NCBI GenBank assembly: GCA_963675665.1
Contig: OY776510.1
Location: 3,584,001-3,648,000, forward strand
Length of the DNA stretch: 64,000 nt
From: Spirochaetia bacterium
GTDB taxonomy: Bacteria; Spirochaetota; Spirochaetia; UBA9216
Direction: 5' to 3'
Part shown: one piece after another, positions 52,412-61,401 of the stretch
Position numbering within the stretch: position 1 is the first letter of the stretch
How the letters are laid out: the number at the start of each line of letters is the position of its first letter
Position numbers and translations under genes: made by a program
The notes under the pieces: model-generated
Told to the model about the DNA's origin: nothing
Seen by the model: only the letters and a program-made list of their open reading frames with translations
The model's database searches: none

Positions 52412-53397
52412 TTTCCCTTTATATACAGTTCGTACGACTGGTTGTGCTCTGCAAGATTTCTGGAAAACATATGAGTACCCTTTTCTGGGTCCTCCAGTAG
52501 AAAATATAAGAAATCAGTTTCCTCCGGATTCAAAGCTGCATTTATCGCCGTCAGTCCCGGGTTGCATATAGGGCCCGGCGGTAATCCTTTATTAGTGTAT
52601 GTATTAAAAGGCGATTCAATTTCCAGATCACGATAAAGCAGTTTTTCAGGATGCTCCTTTCCCTGTTCTTCAGTTATCACATAGACAATAGTTGCGCATG
52701 ATCCCAGGTACATATTCTTTTCTATCCGGTTATAAAATACTGAAGCTATTTTCCCTGCTTCATCTTCGTTTCTGTATTCCCTTTCAATAATTGATGCCAT
52801 TATTACTTTTTCTTTTTGCTGAGCATCGTCCATCTTTTCATAGTCCGGATATACTGAAATTGCTGCTTCTTTAAATGTTTCGGTCATTACTTCAACAACT
52901 TTTTCAGCCGGATATTCTTTTGGAAAACTATAGGTATCAGGAAAAAGAAAACCCTCTGCATTTTTTTCGGCAACCTCTTTTAGAAAATCTTCAGCGTTCG
53001 TTATGCCTTCTTTTTCAAGTATTACCGATATACTTCCTGATGTTAGTCCAGGCGGAACAGCAACCCTGAATAATTCTTCCGCCCCGTATAAAAGCAGATT
53101 ATGTATTTCAACACAACTCGCCCCGCCGCTTATCCTGTAAAGTCCTGACTTCATCATACCGGCCGTGTTTTTAAACTTAATATAAGCAATAAAGAAAGCG
53201 CTGCTTCTTATCAACCCCTGTTCTTCAAGATGTTTTCCGATAACACTTCCATTTTCACCCTTACTTACCCGGAATACTGTTTCTCCGGGCATATTATCAG
53301 GCGGTTTGTTTATATTTATCATTACGGCTGCACCGGCGGCAGCTACCGCAGCCGTAATTATTAACAGAACGATTAAGAATCTTATTAATTTCTTCAT
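52408..53397 (-). CDS. mltG: Endolytic transglycosylase MltG
   Basis: N-terminal TM, EGFLFPDTY, MASIIERE, IASVFYNR, SPFNTY..KGLPPGPICNPG. Confidence 0.94.
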   Translation of the reverse strand: MKKLIRFLIVLLIITAAVAAAGAAVMININKPPDNMPGETVFRVSKGENGSVIGKHLEEQGLIRSSAFFIAYIKFKNTAGMMKSGLYRISGGASCVEIHNLLLYGAEELFRVAVPPGLTSGSISVILEKEGITNAEDFLKEVAEKNAEGFLFPDTYSFPKEYPAEKVVEVMTETFKEAAISVYPDYEKMDDAQQKEKVIMASIIEREYRNEDEAGKIASVFYNRIEKNMYLGSCATIVYVITEEQGKEHPEKLLYRDLEIESPFNTYTNKGLPPGPICNPGLTAINAALNPEETDFLYFLLEDPEKGTHMFSRNLAEHNQSYELYIKGK

Positions 53398-53404
53398 TAT
53401 CTCA

Positions 53405-56400
53405 CTATTTTATCAGGATAAACTCAACCCGGCGATTCTTCCATCTGTTGTCCATATCTCCGTGAGGAACAATCGGATTCTTTCCTCCGATTCCTTCGGT
53501 GGTCATCCTGTTTTCAGCAATCCCAAGTTTTTCAAGGTACATCTTAACGGTTTCGGCACGTGCTTTTGATAAAGGCAGCAGCTCTTCACTCTCTTCTCTT
53601 GCTGCCCGTTCCGGATTTGCCCAGTATACACTTACAGCATGTCCTTCTATCAGTATTTTATAGCTTTTATATTTTTCAAGTATCTCAGAAAGCCGTCCCA
53701 GCACATATTCATTTTTTTCCTTGATTTCCGGATCGTCTTTTCTCAATTCAGCACTGTCCGGAGCAAAAGTAATATTTGCTATTCTTATTTTTAGCTTATC
53801 GCCTTCTTTAACAACCAGCACATCAACAGGGATTACACCATATTCCTGCGCCTTGTTTCCATATTCGTCTGTTGCCGTAAGCCTGTACGGATAATCTTCC
53901 GCTGCTATAACAAGTTCACCTGTTTTACCGATTCCGTCCCATACTATAAGATCCGTCGGCTTTCCTGTACCACTGAAAGAAACGAATGAATTACCCTGTC
54001 GATCTACTATCTCCAGCGACCATTTATCTATTTTGTTACTGTCTTCAGCATTAATCTTAATTTCAAGTTCATCATCAATTCCGTCATTGTCAGGAGAAAA
54101 CGGTCTTGGTGAAACCATAACACTTATAACAGGTGCCGATATATCACATACAAATTCCTTTGTAACCGACACAGGTTCATTCCCCTTTACATACCGAACC
54201 TTATATTCGGCCTTAAAATTTCCTTCAACAATTTTTCCGCTTTCGTCTCTTCCGTCCCATATGATTTTTTCAGGAAGGATATTTCCGCTGAAAGATTTTA
54301 CAGCTTTCGTCCCGTCCTGTCTTATTACAAATTCCCAATTATCAACACCGTCCTTTAGTGTCGCTATTGTAGAGAATTCAATTTTATCATTATTTCCGTC
54401 GTTGTTCGGAGTAAAACCTTTGCTTCCGGCAGTAACGAATACAGAAGTTTGTCTGTTGTCGATTCTGATGTCAGTTATTTTCTTTTCTGTTCTGTTTCCT
54501 GCCAGATCCTGGGATTCTAGCGTATATGTATAAACACCGTCGCCGGCTTTGTTTCCGTTTGAATCAGTTCCATCCCATTCTATATTCTCAACTTTATTAT
54601 CCCAAAAAAATTCCCTTATTTTTTCACCTTTCTCATTTTTGATAATTCCTGTTATAAGTTGTTCATTACTGGAGGTCTGCCTTATTACAATACTGTCTTT
54701 CTTTCCGTCATCATCCGGTGAGAACAATGTAAAATCTGTTTTAGCATCCAGTTCCGGATACACCGAATCTATTATAAAATCCCTGGTTACAGCATTCGAA
54801 ACGTTACCCTTTTCATATATAACCTCAATTGCAGCACGATAAATACCGTCTTCGACTTTCCTGCCTGCATCATTAACACCATCCCAGATAAATTCATTTT
54901 TTATCCGGCCTTCACTTTTAATCGTTTTTACGATATTTCCGCTGCCGTCGGTTATCAGCAGTTTATATGACTGAATTCCTTCTTTTTCATTTAAAACAGG
55001 CGTTAAAACAAGACTGTCTTTTATTTTATCTCCATTCGGAGAAAAAGCTTCAGGGCTGGCGGCAAGCATGACCGGGGTTTCTTCCGTATCAAGATCGAAT
55101 TTTACAGCAACCGACTCACCTTTGTTCCCGGCCCTGTCTGCTGTATAAAGCCTGTATGAATATGTTCCATCGGCAGCCAGAGTTCCTGCCGAATTATAAC
55201 CGTCCCAATTAAAAACAGATTCCGCGTTATTAACCCATTTATATTCTTTGACTTTTTTCCCTTCCGAGTTGACTATTTCTGCGTACCATACATCTTCAAC
55301 TGAAGTCTCCTGATATATAGATAAAAAGTCTTTTTTTCCGTCGCCGTTTGGACTGAATATTTTCAGAGATGTTTTTACCGATGCCGAAGGAGCAGTCTTG
55401 TCTACATAAATATCCGGCGATTCGGCCGAAGGATTATTACCGTTTATATACTCAATATTCAGCAAAGCTGTGTAAACACCTTCTTCTATGTATCCTCCTG
55501 AAAATTCACCTTTATACTCAAATATGTCAGGAATTGCTCCGCCTTCATATTTCTTCACTTCCAGGCCGTTGTCTTTTACAATTTTAAGCATCCATTTTTC
55601 AATACCTTTTTTCACAGGTATATCGGGAATTATCTTTATTAAATTGTTGCTGCCTTCAATGCCGGGGGCAAAATATGATGCGTCGAGTGATAATGATATC
55701 GGAGTGGATTGAGTGTTTATTATTAAATTGGCAACTTCCATTTCAGCGCTGTTTCCCGCCCTGTCTTCTGCTTCAATATAATAAAAGTAAACTCCGTCAG
55801 GAACCAGTAACTTTCTGTCGTCTTTTCCGTCCCATACTATATTATCCGGTTCACTGTTTTTCCATTCATAGTTTTTATAAATCTTTCCGTCAGCACTTTT
55901 TATAACTGATTTCCAGGTATCTTCGCTTGAACCGTACTGTTCAATCTCAAGGGTGTCCTTGTTTCCGTCATTATTCGGGCTGAATATTTTCAGCTCTTCA
56001 TCTATTTCCCCAATTACTATTTCCGGCGGAGTATTATCAATGACAATACCGTATTTTTCAGTCTGTGATGTATTTCCGTTATCATCCCATGCTTTCATGT
56101 AAAATCTGTAAAAGCCGTCCGGAACTACATTACCGTTATCGCCAATCCCGTCCCATCTGATTGATTCAGGGATATCAACGCCTTTCTCGACATAAAATAG
56201 TCTTTGAAAAAAATTGGCTAGTCCGGCATTTTCCGGACGTTTTTCCTTATTCTCAATTACTTTTATTTCGTCTCCGTCCTGGTTTTCAACTATAAACGAA
56301 AAACCTTTAATATATCGCGAATCCGTAATCCTGACAGGGATCTCAACTGTGTCCTTGATGCCGTCGTTATTTGGCGACATATAGGTTACTATTCTCTCTC

Positions 56401-57589
56401 CGTCGGGACCTTTATTTATATTTCCCGGGTTTATTTTGTTTTTTTTTGCTTTTGTATCATCTTCCGATACATATTTTCTCGTTTTATTTAATACGGATTT
56501 AAAAGATGTTTCTTTTCCGTCCTGTATAACATCGGCTTCTGATTCTGTGTTTTCATTATTCTCTTCGCCGAAAAAGTCAGATAGGTCCATCTCTATTGAA
56601 GGTGCAGTTTCATCAACAACTCCAAGTTCTACATTAAGACCTGCGCCGGCTGCCCACAGACCGTTTGCCATCGGTGTTGCCGAAGCCGAAGCCCTGACGT
56701 CATTTTTCGACCATCCCTTGTCTGATAAATCTCCTTCCTGGAAATCCGTTTTAAAGTTAAAGTACAATCCGAAAGACGGTATGAGTGCTGATACATCATT
56801 AGGTGCACCTCCGAATCCGGCCAGCTCGCTGAGATCTGCTGTTGTAGAAAATCTTAGCCCGGCAAAATCGAGCAATTCTAAGTTCCCGCCGACATTAAGA
56901 CGTATATTTCTGAAATATGGGAAACTGATATCACCGTTCAATCCAAAAAGAATTTTTTCCGTATCAATAAGATTGAAACTGATTCCCCCTGCCGGTGTAA
57001 AAACCGACGGAGCTTCCGCTGCTACTGAGCCGTTAAAACTGAAACCTGAATAACCAAGTTCACCAAGTACAACACCCCATCTCATGTCCTTCATGAATGA
57101 AACATCGCCTTCTTCTTTTATAAAGCCTATATCTGCTGTAACGGCCCAGCTCTCACCAAAATAAGTATTTAAACCGGCGCCTGCGAGTACGCCCGGATAC
57201 AGTTCTTTCGCAAAACCTGCTCTGATTCCGCCCTGCGTACCGGCATATATTTCGTTTACATCATCCGACCACAGAAAATATCCTGCTGTAGTTATTACAC
57301 CTGCACGCAACGGAAATGCCGCGCCAAGGTTAATTGAGGTTCCGTTAAACCCGGTGACAGTATCATCTCCGAATAATGCATTATAATTCAGATTAAAACT
57401 CAGCCTCTGCTGCAGCGCAGAGGCAGCAGGATTCATAATATCCGCCATCGGTGAAATTGTAGATGTATATTGTCCGCCCGAGGCGAGTATATCAGGAGAT
57501 TTCAATAAATCTACTGCTTCATTCCTTTCCGCATATACAACCAAACCGCACAATGAAATCAGAATTGTAAAAAGTATAATTTTTTTCAT
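53405..57589 (-). CDS. Large exported protein: predicted N-terminal beta-barrel, ~8 FlgD-Ig/CHU_C-like repeats, C-terminal OmpA-like peptidoglycan-binding domain
   Basis: Signal peptide; MNPAA followed by amphipathic Gly/aromatic strands; repeated FSPN.DG.KD...WDG.D..G..V.DG.Y.Y...A.D.AGN units; C-terminal ITF.PDS, ILIEGH, LSKARAETV, KNRRVEF. Confidence 0.85.
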   Translation of the reverse strand: MKKIILFTILISLCGLVVYAERNEAVDLLKSPDILASGGQYTSTISPMADIMNPAASALQQRLSFNLNYNALFGDDTVTGFNGTSINLGAAFPLRAGVITTAGYFLWSDDVNEIYAGTQGGIRAGFAKELYPGVLAGAGLNTYFGESWAVTADIGFIKEEGDVSFMKDMRWGVVLGELGYSGFSFNGSVAAEAPSVFTPAGGISFNLIDTEKILFGLNGDISFPYFRNIRLNVGGNLELLDFAGLRFSTTADLSELAGFGGAPNDVSALIPSFGLYFNFKTDFQEGDLSDKGWSKNDVRASASATPMANGLWAAGAGLNVELGVVDETAPSIEMDLSDFFGEENNENTESEADVIQDGKETSFKSVLNKTRKYVSEDDTKAKKNKINPGNINKGPDGERIVTYMSPNNDGIKDTVEIPVRITDSRYIKGFSFIVENQDGDEIKVIENKEKRPENAGLANFFQRLFYVEKGVDIPESIRWDGIGDNGNVVPDGFYRFYMKAWDDNGNTSQTEKYGIVIDNTPPEIVIGEIDEELKIFSPNNDGNKDTLEIEQYGSSEDTWKSVIKSADGKIYKNYEWKNSEPDNIVWDGKDDRKLLVPDGVYFYYIEAEDRAGNSAEMEVANLIINTQSTPISLSLDASYFAPGIEGSNNLIKIIPDIPVKKGIEKWMLKIVKDNGLEVKKYEGGAIPDIFEYKGEFSGGYIEEGVYTALLNIEYINGNNPSAESPDIYVDKTAPSASVKTSLKIFSPNGDGKKDFLSIYQETSVEDVWYAEIVNSEGKKVKEYKWVNNAESVFNWDGYNSAGTLAADGTYSYRLYTADRAGNKGESVAVKFDLDTEETPVMLAASPEAFSPNGDKIKDSLVLTPVLNEKEGIQSYKLLITDGSGNIVKTIKSEGRIKNEFIWDGVNDAGRKVEDGIYRAAIEVIYEKGNVSNAVTRDFIIDSVYPELDAKTDFTLFSPDDDGKKDSIVIRQTSSNEQLITGIIKNEKGEKIREFFWDNKVENIEWDGTDSNGNKAGDGVYTYTLESQDLAGNRTEKKITDIRIDNRQTSVFVTAGSKGFTPNNDGNNDKIEFSTIATLKDGVDNWEFVIRQDGTKAVKSFSGNILPEKIIWDGRDESGKIVEGNFKAEYKVRYVKGNEPVSVTKEFVCDISAPVISVMVSPRPFSPDNDGIDDELEIKINAEDSNKIDKWSLEIVDRQGNSFVSFSGTGKPTDLIVWDGIGKTGELVIAAEDYPYRLTATDEYGNKAQEYGVIPVDVLVVKEGDKLKIRIANITFAPDSAELRKDDPEIKEKNEYVLGRLSEILEKYKSYKILIEGHAVSVYWANPERAAREESEELLPLSKARAETVKMYLEKLGIAENRMTTEGIGGKNPIVPHGDMDNRWKNRRVEFILIK

Positions 57590-57619
57590 GATAATCCCTC
57601 AGTTTTCTTGTCAAATACC

Positions 57620-57817
57620 CTAAATCTTGCTTCCAAGCTGCGTATCTTCCGACTGATAAAGTTCGTTCAAACCTTCCATTTCTTCTATAGAAAGCCTGTC
57701 ATAAAGATATGCCTCCAATTCATCCGCCAGATCACTCATCATCGAATCAAGCTCCGATTCCCGTTTTTTTAACATAAGATAAACACCGGCGACACGAAGC
57801 CCAGTAAGCTCTATCAA
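57620..57817 (-). CDS. Small helical hypothetical protein
   Basis: TTG start overlaps the MBL gene stop (TTGA) with GGAG upstream; fills the gap to the next gene. Confidence 0.6.
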   Translation of the reverse strand: MIELTGLRVAGVYLMLKKRESELDSMMSDLADELEAYLYDRLSIEEMEGLNELYQSEDTQLGSKI

Positions 57818-58755
57818 AGTTTAAACTCCAGTTCTTCTTTTGCCAGATAAATATCCAGGCTGCTGTCTTCAATATGCTTTTCATACCATTTAGCTGAATT
57901 AAGTATTTTGTATATCTTTTTATCATCATATTTCGGTTCATGGTGGAATAAAACCAGCTTTGGTATTTTCCATTCGGATGCAAAATCAACTGCCAGACTA
58001 TATGATGAATGTCCCCAGTCATATTTCTCTATTGCTTCACCCAAAGTATATTGGGAATCAATTACTATTAAATCCGTTCCTTCATAAAATTTAATATTTT
58101 CCTCATTCCTTACAAAATCTCTTTCCGTAAGTTCGGTATCTGTTGAGAATATGAAGTTTTTACATTTTTCACTTATTTTATATGAGAAACATCCGCCAGG
58201 ATGTTTTACCCGTCTCCAGGAAATTTCCGCATCGCTTATCGTTACCGGCTTTTCACCAATAGCATGAAAAAACAGTTTCGCTCCGAAAGCATCCATCGTT
58301 ACCGGAAAATAAGGCAGTTTCATCTGTTCTTTTAACGCCTGTTCCATATGCTTGACCGGGCTGTAAAAATGCAATTCGTTTCCTGGTATATATGCAGGAT
58401 CAAAAAAAGGTAGTCCCAAAATATGATCCCAGTGAAAATGCGTGAAAAAAATATGAAATTCCTTTATTTTTTCTCTTTTTTTAAGAATATTTATTCCCAG
58501 TTCACGAATTCCTGAACCGGCATCTATAATTATACATGAATTATCATCAAGTCGTATTTCAATACATGTTGTATTGCCGCCTATTGTTTCAATAAGGTAC
58601 GGAGGAATACCGGCAAGAAAAGCATCCCGGCTTTCCTGAGAAACCAGATCTGAAGGTTGTATCCGCTGCACAATTGCTGCAATACGGCTCTGCAGCTGAG
58701 AAGGTTTTATTGGAGTCGGAATTGATCCCCGCACTCCCCAGAACTTTACTTTCAT
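57814..58755 (-). CDS. Metallo-beta-lactamase-fold hydrolase (Lactamase_B_2, phosphodiesterase-type)
   Basis: VKFWGVRGSIP, GGNTTCIE, DAGSG, THFHWDH, HPGG, STDTE, DSQY, WGHS, FHHEP. Confidence 0.9.
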   Translation of the reverse strand: MKVKFWGVRGSIPTPIKPSQLQSRIAAIVQRIQPSDLVSQESRDAFLAGIPPYLIETIGGNTTCIEIRLDDNSCIIIDAGSGIRELGINILKKREKIKEFHIFFTHFHWDHILGLPFFDPAYIPGNELHFYSPVKHMEQALKEQMKLPYFPVTMDAFGAKLFFHAIGEKPVTISDAEISWRRVKHPGGCFSYKISEKCKNFIFSTDTELTERDFVRNEENIKFYEGTDLIVIDSQYTLGEAIEKYDWGHSSYSLAVDFASEWKIPKLVLFHHEPKYDDKKIYKILNSAKWYEKHIEDSSLDIYLAKEELEFKL

Positions 58756-58777
58756 TTCGATTCCTTTCGGTAATAGT

Positions 58778-59218
58778 TTATACCGTTAACATCGGTTCGT
58801 CCTGTCTTTCGGCAATTCTTTTTTCAATTTCTGCCAGAGACACTATCCCGCCTTTACCTACGCCGGGACAGCTTTCAGCAAGCTCATTCCAGTCATTTTC
58901 ATCTTCAAGATATGATATCCAGAAAGGATATGTTCTGCATTGTACAGGCCGTGCATTATATACCGCACACCCTTCCTCATTCCAGAAAACACAATCATAA
59001 TTCTTTTTCTCTATCAGGCTTATCCGTTTTATACCTCCGAGATCTATTGTCCTGCAGTACTTTTCAAGAAATCTCTTTTCATCCATATCCAAAGATTTTG
59101 CAAGTATTTCAAGATCCTTTTTTGTTAAAAAGACATATCCCGGTTCATGCCTGCAGCACGCGGAGCATCTCTGGCATTCAAATCTTAATCCGTTTTCGTA
59201 AAATTTCTTATCACTCAT
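58778..59218 (-). CDS. YkgJ family CxxCxxCC cysteine-cluster protein
   Basis: FECQRCSACC, CVF...GCAVY.ARPVQCRTYPFW, CPG. Confidence 0.9.
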   Translation of the reverse strand: MSDKKFYENGLRFECQRCSACCRHEPGYVFLTKKDLEILAKSLDMDEKRFLEKYCRTIDLGGIKRISLIEKKNYDCVFWNEEGCAVYNARPVQCRTYPFWISYLEDENDWNELAESCPGVGKGGIVSLAEIEKRIAERQDEPMLTV

Positions 59219-59276
59219 TTCTTTTCTACTCAGATATATACTAATTATAAGCTACAAATAAAAACTAAAAAAGTCT

Positions 59277-59311
59277 AAAAAAAAAGACTGCCCATATAAT
59301 GGACAGTCTTT
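59277..59311 (-). terminator. Rho-independent terminator after tRNA-Tyr
   Basis: Minus strand AAAGACTGTCCAT-TAT-ATGGGCAGTC followed by a T-run. Confidence 0.85.
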
Positions 59312-59392
59312 GGGGAGAGAAGGATTTGAACCTTCGAAGGCGTAGCCAACAGATTTACAGTCTGCCCCCTTTGACCACTCGGGAACCTCCCC
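59311..59392 (-). tRNA. tRNA-Tyr (GTA), CCA not encoded
   Basis: GGGGAGGTTCCCGAGTGGTCAAAGGGGGCAGACT-GTA-AATCTGTTGGCTACGCCTTCGAAGGTTCAAATCCTTCTCTCCCCA; long variable arm. Confidence 0.97.
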
Positions 59393-59448
59393 ATCGAATA
59401 AGCCTGATGACTGATAAAAATGACTTACAACCGGCTTGATTCCTGAAC

Positions 59449-59477
59449 TTTATATTACAAATACTTTTTTTTGGCAA
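59449..59477 (-). promoter_or_regulatory. Sigma70 promoter of tRNA-Tyr
   Basis: Minus strand TTGCCA-17 bp-TATAAA. Confidence 0.6.
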
Positions 59478-59533
59478 CCCTTTTGCAGTAAATTCTTTAA
59501 GTTTATTATAATACAAAATTACCCCGGTATCGA

Positions 59534-59562
59534 TTGACAAAATAATTAAAAAAATGTAATTT
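59534..59562 (+). promoter_or_regulatory. Sigma70 promoter of tRNA-Thr
   Basis: TTGACA-17 bp-TAATTT followed by a C-rich discriminator ACCCCCAC. Confidence 0.55.
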
Positions 59563-59602
59563 ACCCCCACAAAATGTTAAATCAAAGGGTTTAACATTTT
59601 TT

Positions 59603-59676
59603 GCCATCTTAGCTCAGCTGGCCAGAGCACGTGACTTGTAATCTCGGGGTCGTCAGTTCGAATCTGACAGATGGCT
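59603..59676 (+). tRNA. tRNA-Thr (TGT), CCA not encoded
   Basis: GCCATCT TAGCTCAGCTGGCCAGAGC A CGTGA CT TGT AA TCTCG GGGTC GTCAG TTCGAAT CTGAC AGATGGC T. Confidence 0.96.
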
Positions 59677-59719
59677 GTTAAAATTACTTTATTGTGTATA
59701 ATTACAATAAATACCGGAA

Positions 59720-59772
59720 AAACCGGCGTATTACAATCCGACGGGTTTATATGCGCCGGTTTCATCTTTTTA
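59720..59772. terminator. Long hairpin between tRNA-Thr and the convergent map gene, probable (bidirectional) terminator
   Basis: AAACCGGCGTAT...ATGCGCCGGTTT stem with inner AATCC/GGGTT, followed by CATCTTTTTT. Confidence 0.65.
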
Positions 59773-59866
59773 AACGCAATTCAAAGAACAAAATCTATTA
59801 CGCTAATTTCATAAACCCGCTACCTTCATATTTGGAGAATTATTTTATTGCGGATTGATAGTCTTT

Positions 59867-60622
59867 TTATTCCGTTAGTATATCAGTATGATCGCCGAAC
59901 ACTGCAATCGTATGTTCAAACTGCGCGCAGGGCATTCTGTCTTTTGTTATCACTGACCAGCCGTCGGAGAGTATTTCGACTTCATCTTTTCCAAGTGTAA
60001 GAATAGGTTCTATTGTAAAGACCATTCCGGGAACAACAGGCCGGCCGGTGCCTTTTTCGCCGCAATGCAGTACAGCAGGTTCTTCATGAATGTCCCGACC
60101 TATTCCATGACCTATAAAGTTTTTGAGTATTAAAAACCCGTCAGAATCAGCGGATTCCTGAATAGCCGCCCCTATATCGCCCATCCTGCATCCCGCCTTG
60201 GCGGCTTTTATTCCAGCCATGGTTGCCTTTTCAGCTGCTGTTATAAGCTGCAGCTTTTCCTTTGAAGTATCACCTATTGCAATTGTTACTGCGTAGTCTC
60301 CGTACCAGCCGTTTAAACCTGCAGTTAAATCAAATGTTACGATATCTCCTGATTTTAATTTATAACTGTTTGGAACTCCGTGTGCGGCAACATGGTTGAC
60401 CGAAATACAGATTGGAGCCGGAAAACCCTTGTAACCGGACAGACCTGCATCGCCGCCGTCTTTTTTTATCAACTGCATGCAGAGATTTGATATATGTTCC
60501 GTCGACATTCCTTCTTCTGCGGTTTCTGCAAGGAGTGTTATTATCTTTTTTGTAAGTTTACAGGCTTTTTCTATTCTGGCAATCTCGGCTTTAAGCTTCA
60601 GCGGAACATAACTATAACCCAT
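59867..60622 (-). CDS. map: Methionine aminopeptidase, type I
   Basis: GYKGFP..ICISVN..AHGVP, DLT..GWYGD, GHGIG..IHEEP, FTIEP, AQFEHT. Confidence 0.97.
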   Translation of the reverse strand: MGYSYVPLKLKAEIARIEKACKLTKKIITLLAETAEEGMSTEHISNLCMQLIKKDGGDAGLSGYKGFPAPICISVNHVAAHGVPNSYKLKSGDIVTFDLTAGLNGWYGDYAVTIAIGDTSKEKLQLITAAEKATMAGIKAAKAGCRMGDIGAAIQESADSDGFLILKNFIGHGIGRDIHEEPAVLHCGEKGTGRPVVPGMVFTIEPILTLGKDEVEILSDGWSVITKDRMPCAQFEHTIAVFGDHTDILTE

Positions 60623-60625
60623 CGT

Positions 60626-60985
60626 TTATTTCAAATCCGGTCTTAATTTCTCGGCTCCGTCAATATATTTATTCTTCAGGGGCTTTTTACTTTCATTATG
60701 CTCAAAAGTCACAAGAACTCTCACTACACGTGTCATAGCACCATCAGTATCTGGTTCCTGTGAACAAAATAGTGGAGTTTTATCAAAGCTTCCGCCTGCA
60801 CGCAGCGCTGCAGCAGGATTTATTGATTTTATATCCTTTGTTACGCTGAACATAATACTTATTATATTATTTTCTTCAATTGAGTTCTCAGATATTATCT
60901 CACTGACAAGAAACTGAATTCTGCTTTTTATCTTTTCTTTTTCATCTGCAGCAAACTTTACTGCACCTCTAACAGCTTTAACCAT
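60626..60985 (-). CDS. aroH: Chorismate mutase, AroH class
   Basis: AVRGA, IMFSVTKD...NPA..LR, PLFCSQE, RVVRVLV, Y..GA..LRPDL. Confidence 0.9.
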   Translation of the reverse strand: MVKAVRGAVKFAADEKEKIKSRIQFLVSEIISENSIEENNIISIMFSVTKDIKSINPAAALRAGGSFDKTPLFCSQEPDTDGAMTRVVRVLVTFEHNESKKPLKNKYIDGAEKLRPDLK

Positions 60986-61006
60986 AATAGATATATCGAC
61001 ATTTTA

Positions 61007-61339
61007 TTATACCGGCTCGAGTCCTGTAACTATAATTTGTGCAACCAGATAGGATACTGTTGTCAACAGAATACCTGCAACCGTAAACGCAATTCTTATC
61101 CCGATTCTTCTGCCCGTATTTCTGCCGGCAATAACAAGGATAATAATATACGATACAGCAAACGCTATAAAAACAAGCGTACTGTATATAAGTAACTGAA
61201 GCAGGATAATCAGGTTATTATCAGTAAAATACTGAAAATTACCTGTAAAATACAGCATGAACACCAGTAACTCAAAAAGGTACAGGAAAATTGTTATTCT
61301 TCCGGAAACTGATACGATCAGCCTCCCTCTGTTTTTCAT
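61007..61339 (-). CDS. Small hypothetical membrane protein (3 TM)
   Basis: Three hydrophobic segments; GNFQYF.D loop. Confidence 0.65.
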   Translation of the reverse strand: MKNRGRLIVSVSGRITIFLYLFELLVFMLYFTGNFQYFTDNNLIILLQLLIYSTLVFIAFAVSYIIILVIAGRNTGRRIGIRIAFTVAGILLTTVSYLVAQIIVTGLEPV

Positions 61340-61366
61340 TGTTAAATAATATCAGCTAATTTATAC

Positions 61367-61395
61367 TTGCGCCATATCCTCCGTGTAATTAAAAT
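61367..61395 (+). promoter_or_regulatory. Sigma70 promoter of the HAD gene
   Basis: TTGCGC-17 bp-TAAAAT, 6 bp before the ATG. Confidence 0.55.
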
Positions 61396-61401
61396 ATCAA
61401 T

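Noticed and set aside
53405-57589. Calling the giant protein flagellar FlgD or evidence of a type IX secretion system
   Set aside because: Only the Ig-like repeat is shared; there is no FlgD N-terminal domain and no T9SS machinery genes in the window
59355-59765. ORFs 59355-59570 and 59577-59765
   Set aside because: They overlap the tRNA genes and their promoters; spurious
59311-59870. tRNA genes as integration sites for an island or prophage
   Set aside because: No integrase, no duplicated tRNA 3' end seen, and both flanks are housekeeping-type genes
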